This document shows, piece after piece, positions 13,401-25,400 of a stretch of DNA of 62,584 nt. Numbering within the stretch: the stretch's first letter is position 1; each line of letters begins with the position of its first letter. The stretch covers positions 1 through 62,584 of the forward strand of contig NMRA01001055.1 of the NCBI GenBank assembly GCA_002633005.1, read 5' to 3'. This DNA is from Phoronis australis. Lineage: Eukaryota > Animalia > Phoronida. The position numbers were made by a program, and so were the translations under genes. The notes below the pieces were generated by a model that was given only the letters and a program-made list of their open reading frames with translations, searched no databases and had not been told where the DNA came from.

Positions 13401-16400
13401 TGCAGTAGTGAAGAATGAAAAGTACGCTGTAAATAGCAAGTATGAGGCCGTGGAACATCTCCTTGTCTGTGGCCTGCAGTCGTCGACAGCTGAGTGAGTG
13501 CCTGATGAATGCCAGCTTGCCAAAAAACTATCCCTACGTTCCGTTGTCTGAGCTTGTTCACGGCGCCTCTTTAGTAGTTCTTCATCACAGTATTCCTGTT
13601 CGAGCTGATAGCCTGTGAAACCTAACGATCCACCTGCGATGTCTTCGTCGGGATTGATGAGCTCTCGTCTAAGACGCGGGGGATTGCGAGTTGCCATGTT
13701 GACGTTTATTACTGAGCGTTCTGTTTCAAAATGAATTATTCTCACCCTAACCAATACTTATATGAAACTGAAACAAAGTCTGTCTCTTTAGATGCAATTT
13801 GTAATGGCTTTGGAGTGCTCCTGAGTGCAAATGATTTGAGAAGCCAGCAATATATAAATGAATGTGTTACCGGCTTTAGGTACAATAAAAATAATTGACG
13901 GGGACACCGAGGCCGTGTGAGCTCATGCTAATTTAGTGTTTGATGGCAGAAACTGTTGTGAAACAACTCGTTTTCCATCCCACGGCCAGGTGTTAGGGGA
14001 ATGTTTATTTATATTTATATTATTCAAATAATGATTGTCAATGTATAACTTCTGCCCTGACCATGTGCGCACCCAGGGGGGCTCGGGGCTTTGAACGAGG
14101 GCAAAGTGGCGAAATGGGAAAGAAGGTCCGCCTCTGGGAAACAAAAAGTCCGAGAAAATGAGACTAAAGTCCTCTAAATAAGCACAGTCGCGCAATTCAC
14201 AGTGGTGCCCCCGATTTTTTTAGCTCACCTGTTATTTTGTTACCAAAAGGTCCACAACGTCAGAAATTCGAGCCCCTCCCTCCATATTGAAAGCTGGGTG
14301 CGCGCATGCTGAGGGTGCTGTGGACAAAACGGAACATGAATTAGCGGCCCGACGAGTAAGTAGATTTGCAATTTCGTGGATAATTCACCAACATAATCAC
14401 GTGCACATTACTTTGGCTCACTCGTATAGTATTTTCCTGACTAGAAGTTTAGTTTCCTTCTTTGGCTGGTTTATGTTCGTGATGTCTGATCAGTTTCCGA
14501 GTCACTGGTCGGGATAACGAGTCAATCCGGCCGGCCGCGACGGGCCTGATCGGGCGAGCCACTGGCCAGGATAACGAGCGTTTTGCGTGTTTAGAACTTA
14601 AAAAATCACAGTTCTAAACAACACAGACTGGGTTCTGCTGTCCGTATCACACGGAAAAATACTTCGAATTTATCTCCGAACAGACCCCAAACTCCTGCTA
14701 CGGACCTTATTGGCTTGCCAAGCCGTTGTAGGCTACGGCCGTGTGCAAATACCAATGAAATCCGTAACAGAGAAATAAAACAACATGTTTTTATAAGAAC
14801 TCGTTGTATTTTTAAGGGTTTTACATCGAAGTTTGATGATTTATTGGTGTAAAACGATGAATTCAAGCGATAAGCTTACACCAGTAACCCGTGTTGTGAA
14901 CTGCTGAACAGACTGCGTGTGAAACCAATTACGTCATTGCATAATTTCAACACTTCCGTCTGCCGTCAGGTGTCAGGTAACGCAACCGTACGTGCCGTTA
15001 TGGAGTAGAATTGATCGATCTAAATTGATACAAATTGGGTTGTTTTTGGGTGGCATGCTCCTTCAATACGCTCCGCAAAATTGTTGCTTTACAAGTTTTC
15101 TCGAATTTTCGAAATACATGTATGAATGATTAAGTGCACATTTTCAAGAGCGCTTAGGTGACCTATGCTGCAAATACAGACACCCTAACGATAGTCCTGG
15201 TCAGGGCCCTCAAACGGTAAACCTTACATTGATACCGAGTTGTCAAAGTTCTCTTGAGCTTTCTCTCTGATCAGTATTCTTAGTCTTTCTTTTTCGTGTT
15301 TCCCCAGCCCTACACCTTTGTCGGTTGCCATGGTTTAACCCTGGGGCATGCAATTTTTTGGGGGTGGCACTCGCCCTCCCCCCCCCCGCTTACTAAAGTC
15401 CCGATGCAAGGAGTCCATCTTTGGTCCAAGGCCAATGTTGCGTTTCAACACGCACTCGTTGTATAGCTTGAGCATGAAATTTAAGGTTTAAGAAATACAG
15501 GAGCAGTTTTGCGCTTTTAATTGTGCGTGTAAAAGGGTTTATGGATTCGTACTGAATTTGTTGCTGCAACTTGTCTCATTGGCCTGTACCGGGCACGTGA
15601 GCACAAATGTGGACACTAATTCGGCTATTGCGCAAGTCGACTGTAGCAAAAAAGCCAGTGAAAATGTAAGGCAGCACCAGGCCAGTGGGCGTGTGTGACA
15701 ACTCGGATTTCTAGTCTCTTATTATGAAAACCATTGAAGGCAATTATCAGCACCTGCAAACAAGAATTTTGAAGTATGGAGAATTTCAACAGGAGTTAGC
15801 TGTAGACTTAGTTTTAAAGCTGCCGACATTCCAGCCACGGTGTCTGCCGGTCCTTTGAAGCAATTATAGCACATAATATACGAATTTTTAAGAATGGCAA
15901 GGGTGCGTTTTGTGTTGACGGAAATGTGCATGGCGTCAAGGAATCTGAGACATTTAATGATGTACAACTGTTGTCAATGGCTTCATTTGGAAAAAACACT
16001 TAGCAAAACTAACTTCCAAGTATGCATACTGTGACGGAATTAAGAAATACGATTATGGCAGTGCTAATTGTAGCAGAGGCACAAAGTGTGCTAAAATGGT
16101 AGAAAATGAGGCATAACATTTCTATAGAAGATAAAAGGTTGATTGGTGCAGGAGAAGGCCGATGTCTTCAATGCTCAGAAAAATTTCGGCAGGCAAGAGA
16201 CTTGCCAAGAAAATGGCACAGTCGAGTCCGGTCATTCTAAAGGAAAGAACTGCAGCCAATTCCAGTTATTCGGGGCAACTTCTCTCACCCGACGATGTTG
16301 TTTCACGATACCGCAACCTCAAACATCGTCAAAGAAACGAAATGCAGAAGGTGAGATATTACAGAGTATTAGTATTTATTCTTGAATACCGGTGTCCACC

Positions 16401-19400
16401 TCAAAATGAATTTTCCACGGTCATTCTTTATGCCGATAGCAATGTTTTCGTCAACTGAAGAACAGGAATCATAGACATCCCGCGCGCTCCGTCTATGGTT
16501 CTGACACTTCAAACTTTTGTCAACACGATAGGTAGCAGCAGAAAGTTCGATGTTGACCTCATTCTAATCTTCTCTGCAATCCATTGTCAGGGGACGAAAA
16601 CAATTCAAAGTCCGCTCCTCGAAATAGGGCATGCTTAGCTAGAATTCAGAACTGCGGTCATGAGAGTGTTTTCACCTCCTGATTGCGAAGCGATCGAGTT
16701 AGCGGTGGTATCTTCATCAGCGCGTGCTCTCAGCGGGAGGTCACCGCTTTATCCACCATAGCGCTCGACAACAACTAAACTGACGACAGTCTCAGAACTC
16801 TCACATGCAAATTTGATATGCAAATGAGGGAGTACTTGACTACTGCGCCATCTGTACATCGACAGAAAAGCTTAAATACCCGTGACTGTGTGTGCGAAGT
16901 TGCGATTGCGTGCACTGAAGTCGATATTTTCAAAGTACAATTACACCACTCTTTAAGGTTGCAAAGTGAGTTTTTCTATAGAAAAAGCCTTAATCTCTCT
17001 AATAAAATTATCTGTTTCCTTTTTAACGAAACTTAAGTCCTGAAATTATTCCGGGGAAGGAGCCCAAAGACGGCAGTTTAGCTAGTTGTCCCTTCCTGGT
17101 TATCTCTTCCTGATTATACCTATACCCAAGCACAGCATCTGGGGATCGAGGTAACACAAATGCAAATAAATTCAAAAAGCACTGAGTTGAATAACTTATC
17201 CAAAAATGTGCAGGTTGTTTGCTGGTGACAGCTGCCATGCAAGGCTTTGCTTTCTTGGAAGCAATAGCTCACTTGCGAGTTTCTTGTTAGTCAATGTGAC
17301 GTCACCGGGAAAGGGTAAAAACCCGTCATATAGACCCTATTCACGCCGACAGGAGGCGCGTTCCAAAACGAGGCTCGCTACGATAGCTCTGTTAGCTTAT
17401 CGGCATAGGAGTCTGTGTCTCAGTCCGTGTTGTTCCCCGAACGGCTAGAAAAAAATACGTACGCGCTTCACAGTCTCTAAAGACGTTTAGATTCGGAAGC
17501 GTTGGGTCGTTGCCATACGCCGACGAAGCAAAATATGTCGGTGTAAAATAAATGTTTTCGAAAAGTTAGATCATATTTTGTCGCATCTCGGTCAGTTGTC
17601 AAGCATCATAGTAACGACCAGAGAATGGGCCAGCCAGGTTGTATTTTCATGACTACGGATTTGGGGGTGGGGCACTAAAATTGTATCATATCCCATTTTC
17701 TAGTTCGGGTGAGGATTGCTGACTAGCACACGTGCTCAACCAGGGGGTCTTGGGGGTGAATAAACAACGCATAGGCGCTGAATGAACCCCGTTTACCGTT
17801 TTTTTAGTCAACAGGTCCGCAAACCCAAGAATTCAAGACCCTGCACCCCCAGATTTTAGGCTGGGCGCGCGCATCTGCCGAAATGTTGCTTATTCATGTG
17901 CCTGCCCCCCAATTCAAAATCCTGGATCCGCCCATGCTACGGGTTGAAACATTACAATTTTTCTCAGTTTCCAAAAAGGACAGAGCCCTCAATCCCTCAA
18001 ATTTAGGGCCCAATATCGGCCCTATTCCCCTCTCAAAAATATTGAAATATCATGCGAAATTCCCCCCACGAAGCACAAAAATTCCCCTAGTGAAAAATCT
18101 GTCTGAGTTCACATAACCTGTAACCACACAGGTGACAATTTTTAAAAGCACAAAAGGCTACTTTGAAATGAGACAGAGCCTATGAGAGCTTGCAACAGGG
18201 CGGGGAGCTATTGATGGTGATTGGGAGGTAGACTGTTCCCGCCCTCATTCGGCGAAAAAATCGCCTCTCAGTAGGCACTGGCACCTTTCCCCTCGGATGA
18301 AAGAGGTTCCTGCAGAAACATGATAACTATGATTTCATTGTCCAGTTAACTGAAATTGAGCTCTAAACGAGGCTACGTTTTGGACGAACGAATTAGGTGT
18401 TTTAATTTTAAAATTCAACTTGGTCCCAATTCAAATCTACCACATGAAATAGATGTAAGAATTATTACAACCAAGAAAGCAGAATTGATGGTCAAATAAT
18501 TTTTATTTTCAATTACGAGTCTGGCTTATTGATTTAATAAAAAATATATTTAATAACATCAATTATTCTTTCAGATCAATGACAAATCAACTGTTAGTCC
18601 CAGGGAATGCATAGGATCAGGCTATGCTTGATTTTTATATTCTTGATCAACAAATTAAACCAGATGTGACTAATTGCACATGACAGCCACCACTGTCGAA
18701 TACGTCTTCAACTCGTCAACAATACGAGCAGATGACCTGGTCCGCGTAGAAAGTATTTTGATCAACAATTTACAAGAAAAAAAGTAACCCTGCATTCAGC
18801 ATAATACCTAATCCGTAACACTACGATCGTCGCAATTTGGTCATATTTACTTTTCATGTTTCGAGTTTTCCGAAAAAAATTAAACCCTTTCGTCAGACAA
18901 TTCTTTGACGCCTTAACATGTTATCTAATGTAATTTTCTACGTCTGTGGTTTAATTGTTGACACATTATTAAAATTCAATATCCAGGTTGGACTCGAAAG
19001 ACCGGCTATTTAACTCACGCAATGTCTGCTTTCGCTTTGTTTATCGCTTTGGATCTTAATGGCCGCCGCGTGAATAGAGTCTATTGCTATTGTTTTGCTA
19101 AACACGTTAAATCTTACTGGTGAATTTTACGCTTAAAACGTTAACACACCTTAAGTGATGGCATATGGACTGTGGAATATTTGTGAATGGACGAAGAAAA
19201 TGTGAACTAATTATACTGTGCGAAGTATTGAACGAACTGAAATTGGAACTCAACCCGGCGTGCGTTCAGTAACTCTAGAACCTAGGCTAGGACGTAGCTA
19301 AAATCTAGCCAAAGTCACGCGATCTTCTTTAAAATATACGGCAATAGCTCACGTAATCTCGCGAAGTCTTGCTTTTTAGCGAGGTCCTGGCGTTACTGAA

Positions 19401-22400
19401 AGGGAAGCCGGTCTAGGCCTGAATGCCGAAGGCATACAGGGGCGATTGTGCATAGGCGGATTTAGGGGGGGCCAGGCCCCCCCTTGGCTGCCGCAAAAAA
19501 TAAAACAGCAAGAGCGTAGGGAAATGTTGAATTTATTAATTAACCCCGGTAATTAAAATTTTACGGCTGAAACAAGATTTAAATGTTTGCAGTTTTAATG
19601 ATTATTTTTCGGGGGGGGGGCTCAGATCGAATTTCATTTGTCAAATTCGGAACACGACGCAATCGTAACGGAACTATGGCTAAATGTAGGCTCTCCCGCG
19701 ATATCTCAGGCGACCGGCAGTGGCTCTGAGCACTACATCCCCGTTTCTGTCGTCTGCTCCATTGTGCAGTTTTTAAAGAAACTGGAATTTGAGTGATGGT
19801 GAAAAAACAGAAGCTGCTGGTAAGATGTCAATTTTAATCGAAGCTTTAGTGAATCACTCAGAAACTCATAATTCTCTCTTTGTCAANNNNNNNNNNNNNN
19901 NNNNNNNNNNNNNNNNNNNNNNNNNNNNNNNNNNNNNNNNNNNNNNNNNNNNNNNNNNNNNNNNNNNNNNNNNNNNNNNNNNNNNNNNNNNNNNNNNNNN
20001 NNNNNNNNNNNNNNNNNNNNNNNNNNNNNNNNNNNNNNNNNNNNNNNNNNNNNNNNNNNNNNNNNNNNNNNNNNNNNNNNNNNNNNNNNNNNNNNNNNNN
20101 NNNNNNNNNNNNNNNNNNNNNNNNNNNNNNNNNNNNNNNNNNNNNNNNNNNNNNNNNNNNNNNNNNNNNNNNNNNNNNNNNNNNNNNNNNNNNNNNNNNN
20201 NNNNNNNNNNNNNNNNNNNNNNNNNNNNNNNNNNNNNNNNNNNNNNNNNNNNNNNNNNNNNNNNNNNNNNNNNNNNNNNNNNNNNNNNNNNNNNNNNNNN
20301 NNNNNNNNNNNNNNNNNNNNNNNNNNNNNNNNNNNNNNNNNNNNNNNNNNNNNNNNNNNNNNNNNNNNNNNNNNNNNNNNNNNNNNNNNNNNNNNNNNNN
20401 NNNNNNNNNNNNNNNNNNNNNNNNNNNNNNNNNNNNNNNNNNNNNNNNNNNNNNNNNNNNNNNNNNNNNNNNNNNNNNNNNNNNNNNNNNNNNNNNNNNN
20501 NNNNNNNNNNNNNNNNNNNNNNNNNNNNNNNNNNNNNNNNNNNNNNNNNNNNNNNNNNNNNNNNNNNNNNNNNNNNNNNNNNNNNNNNNNNNNNNNNNNN
20601 NNNNNNNNNNNNNNNNNNNNNNNNNNNNNNNNNNNNNNNNNNNNNNNNNNNNNNNNNNNNNNNNNNNNNNNNNNNNNNNNNNNNNNNNNNNNNNNNNNNN
20701 NNNNNNNNNNNNNNNNNNNNNNNNNNNNNNNNNNNNNNNNNNNNNNNNNNNNNNNNNNNNNNNNNNNNNNNNNNNNNNNNNNNNNNNNNNNNNNNNNNNN
20801 NNNNCGAATTTCTTACGAAGTCGCCGTAACAGGACACCGTGAATGGTATTGGGAGAAAGAACAATTCTTCATGGTTTGTTGAACCCCTGTTTTGTGCAAA
20901 TTTATTGAGTTTTATGTTTGCTATGGACGGCTGAAGTGAAGCACCCGTGGAATTTCAAGTCCGAAGTGTCATACCTTGTAGTATTATATGTAGTGTATTG
21001 GGGACGATCAGAAGCTGAGGACGCCTGTGTTTGGTGATTGGCTAATAAAAACCACATGATCATATCCACTCGTATTATTGGCTGTTACAATTTGTTCTCA
21101 GAATATTCTAGAATCTCTAGAATACTTTGACCCCAGAACCCAAAGTTGTAAACACCATCTAAAAATAGATTTTGACGTTAAAATACATGTCAACAAGTCT
21201 GACCCCATGATTTAAAAGTACATATGCACAAATTTTGGGCAACTTAAAATGGATCTATTCTTACTAATTACTCAATCAATATTTATTCTGACACCCCCCC
21301 TTGTGATATCCTAGATCCGCCACTGTAGTGGATCACATAAAAAGTTACTCACTTCAGAATGCAGCAAATAAAATCAAATGAAACATGCATACAGTATGTA
21401 CGCATGTAGTTGTAATTTACACATACTCTGACTCTGGATGCAATTTAGTCTACAAATAACTTGAACACTTGAAAACCTCGCGGTTCACCCGAGTTTCTCT
21501 CACTGAGTGGAGAAGTTACGTGGAATCACGCCTGTTGACGATTAAAAAAGTCTAAAGGACACAGATCTTTCAAAGTTCACTTGATATTTTCTCATGCTAT
21601 TTTGCGCCAGGTCTCGCGCTTCGCTCTGTCTCGCGCTAGCCTTTGCCTCATACTCACCTGACTCAGTTTAAATCATGGACATATTATGCGATGTCAATGG
21701 TCGAAATATTTTGTGGTGATCGCGCGCGCGGTCAAAGTTAACGGTAACCACAGAGTGGAGTTGGAATTCTGGGCCAAAGTCAACTGAATTTCCCGTACCT
21801 ATGCTTCCTCGAAAATATGTTTAGAAACAGAGAGGATCACTGAAGAAAGTAAGCGCCTTTTTAGGAAATATTTTTGTGTAGAGTGTATTTTTGCCGAGGT
21901 TAAAACTTAATCAGTGAGCGGATTTCGCCTACCGCCCGTTTGAAATACACTTAAAGGTAATATTACAGAAGGCGATAGAACGTATTGTAGTGCGAATCTG
22001 AATTTCATATGGCATTAAAGCAGTTCTTGATTGGCTTTTTTCGAACTAAACGGCTAAACAGTCGAAGAAAATATCAAAGTACACTGTGCTACCGAATTGG
22101 GCAATTGGCCAAACAACCACCCACAACTTCCCGTGACCTCACATTTAAGTCTCACACAATCTTGCATTATTGTTATTAACTTGCAAAAGGACTATCATAT
22201 CCACGAAATGGCCTAGGCCTACAATATTTAGGCTTTAGGTTATATCGAAATGATGGAGTCCAGGACAATAGCACAGATTTATAGATTGGAAAGAGATCTT
22301 GAACAGAAAAATGGGGTTTTCAGAATATCTTTTGCTCGATTACATTTCAATCTATGCCGTTGTTTGTTGAAGGTGTTTTTGGAGCCGATTGCCCTTAGCA

Positions 22401-25400
22401 CACCACGCATACAGCTTTCCAATATGTTTTTCCAAAAAAATGATATTTTTTGTTTTAGGTCACTGTTAGTTACACGTTACTTAAACAAAGGACTCACTAA
22501 ACCATATTGTCACGGTATAATTACACTTATTCCGGAAAATGAACCTCGACTTCATTACCAGCTAAAATGGAGCTGTTGTAGTTGCTGAACGATTTAAAAT
22601 ACAGTTTATTTGGATTGGCATTTTTAGGAGAAATACACTTGCGGGTTTAAAAGCATCATGTAATATATATACACTATTATTACATGGCGAAGTCATCCCC
22701 CGCATTCTAGAGCCTACGCGGATTTTGGAGAAGTATCGCCCGAGGGGCGTCAGGACCGAGGGCGATGATTCTCCAAAATCCACGAGGGGTCTATAAAAGG
22801 GAGATATCACTGAGAACATGTAATAATCTTTTTATATCACACACTGAACGAGAAACATTGCAATGAATCAATCTACCTTTCTTGACTCGCCTCAACTTTC
22901 TAACTACTTTAAATGTCGGAGCCCGTGGGAGGTGTTCATGACCTTTTCAACAAATAATGCTTTAACTCAAAACCAATTGGAAATTTGAACAATATAGCAG
23001 TACATACGCGGAATAAGGTCGAATGGGATATTATTTCGTGTAAGTCACTCGAGGAACGTTTTCATTTATCCCACACGCATCGAATTCGTGAGTTTCTTTT
23101 GTTTTCTTTCGGCATTTTATAAATACTTCACCCAGTTTGTTTACGTAGCGAATTACAACCTGTTGTGTATGTACGTGCGTGTTATGTTGCTAACATACTA
23201 TAGTAAAAGAAAACGGTATTAAATGTAACAGTTACTTACTTGAAATTGATAAAAAGTGTGAAAACGACAGTTATTGTGCACTGAACTTGTATCATATTTT
23301 GAAAATAAATAAATAACAAGAACATTTATAGTATTGTAAAATCCTTCATCGGGTAGCTGCACTCATTCATGAAACTAGGTCATTGACCCGAGCGGGTAGC
23401 CTACACATCGTCTGTTTTCACGAAGATGTCAAATGCGCCACCGTTAATGACAGCTCCGGCGAATATGCATGTTGTGGCGTTGTGGAAAGTCGAAAAATGG
23501 TTGGATTTTCTACCATAGTGACACAAATCTTTTATGGTAAAGAAATTGCAGAAACATAAATTCAGATCGAATACAGAATTTCATGGAAAAAACATTACAG
23601 TGGTCAGAAATCCTGATACAAAATCTACATGTGGTGGCCACAATAAGAACTCCTGTTAGTCCAAAGAAACCCACTGGCTAGACAAAAAGGATAATGCACC
23701 ATTACAATGTGGCTGTAGAAACTTAATCCACTGTCCCAGAATCTTTATTGGATCCTGGTAAAAAATTCGATCCACGTATATTTTGATTGATGCAGTTGTG
23801 GTGCAAAGAAATCTCGCAACTACACACAAGCCTATTTCCCTTCACAGCTGTGCTGACATGATAATACCACCACTGGATTTAGCAGATCAGCCAGAGTATT
23901 TACAGGTCCAGGCACTGTACTGTTTACTCCCTTTGAATTTTTACAATGCTATACCCTTGACAATTTTAAAGCGCTGATTATCTGTTTCCAATTCATACCC
24001 CTCTCCCTCTGTCTTGTCTCCTACATCCAACTGTCTCAGTTCCCCCATTTGCTGAGAGTGGCCTATCTCAGCAAATTACGTTGGACTAGTTGTGGTATAA
24101 GCCAATAATCTTTGGCAAACGCTTTTTCCCCAACTCATTCGTCAAGTTACAAATTCTCATTGACACATCTTCTGGGAGTAGACTTTTGGGCCCCTCTCCA
24201 TCCCCCTTCTTGCTGGTTTTGAACTTTTCCATACCCAACTTTTACTAATAGTTGCTGGTCTCCAACTTCAAAACGAATCACTTCTTCAGCATCAGCCTTC
24301 CTAATTTCTAAAAATTGAGCATGTTAAATTTAATTTCTCCATTTCGTTTCATGAATACCAAGCTACAGTGAAGTCACCACGGATAAGCCATTCAGATGTG
24401 ATTATAAAAATTTACAAACTTAATTTCTATGTACCTGACTGTAAAAACGGAATAAGACAGAAGTATGTCGCATTACATATAGAAACTAATGAGACCGATT
24501 TAAATTATCTGCGCTACCTATATGTCTGCTTCATTGTGAAATTCATCAGTTGAGCATTATGTTTCTCTTCATAACATTGAAACTTTGTTGCATGTTCACA
24601 GTCATAGGCTATGGAGATCAACCAAATGAAAACAGCTTAGCCTTAATTAATGCGGTTAATCTATTGAGCTTGGGTAGCAGCCACTGAATACTATGTATTT
24701 GTTAAGCAATTTCTAGCAAGACCATCTGAAATCCCCACTGCTACTGTACAATTTTTTCCAAGCCTAGTTCACTACCAATGAATGGCAGCTGATATGACCC
24801 CAAAAGTTGAGCAATACCATTCTGCACTTCACACGAGCCCTCCTTCACTATGAGCACAAAACATTAACCATTTCAACATTAGAGATTTCCAAAAATATGA
24901 TCTGACTTGTGTAATTATATTTTTGTACTTTACAGTCTCTGAGAAAAGAAATAATTTTTGATATTCAGGAATCTTCAGCTAAGGGAAGTTGATTAAATAA
25001 TTAATCACTGAGAGTGAATGTCATCCAATCTGTATGTAACCAACGAACAGTCATATTTGGAAATCCCTAGTATTGGTCCTTAAGAAGCAAGCGAGATCGA
25101 CATAAATTTGTTCCTTAAATTTGAAGCACTATTCTAAACGTCACAGATACAAGCATATTGCCAACTCATTATTATTTTAGCAAAGCTTATCCATAGAAAC
25201 ACAATGTATTCACGTTCCAATAACTGTTCTACTACATGTATGTTGTACTGCATAAGATCTGTAATATATTTGGATAAAACACAAATTTAACTGTTCAATA
25301 TTATTGTCCACAATGTTTAAACGTAAGCATCTGCAGAAATCATTGTTTTCTATAAAAACAGAAGATGGTTATACGCTCAAACTACAAAACAAAACAAAGG

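Larger units (their letters stand above)
11475..17112. mobile_element. 5.6-kb DNA transposon with perfect 28-bp TIRs and 7-bp TSD (P-like or unclassified), carrying nested insertions
   Basis: aggaagagataaccaggaagggacaact at 11476-11503 and its reverse complement at 17084-17111; ATTATAC at 11468-11474 and 17113-17119. Confidence 0.85.

Noticed and set aside
16162-16350. ORF ending at a strong donor (AAG|gtgaga) as a possible extra exon
   Set aside because: Lies inside the 11475-17112 transposon, has no ankyrin similarity and no clear acceptor.
19789-20864. Long ORFs of 320-346 aa
   Set aside because: Almost entirely N gap. The gap lies inside a repeat copy, so a hidden host exon is unlikely.
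23690-23980. Possible second Penelope fragment on the - strand (PVNTLADLL, NKDSG)
   Set aside because: Motifs too short and decayed to support a call.
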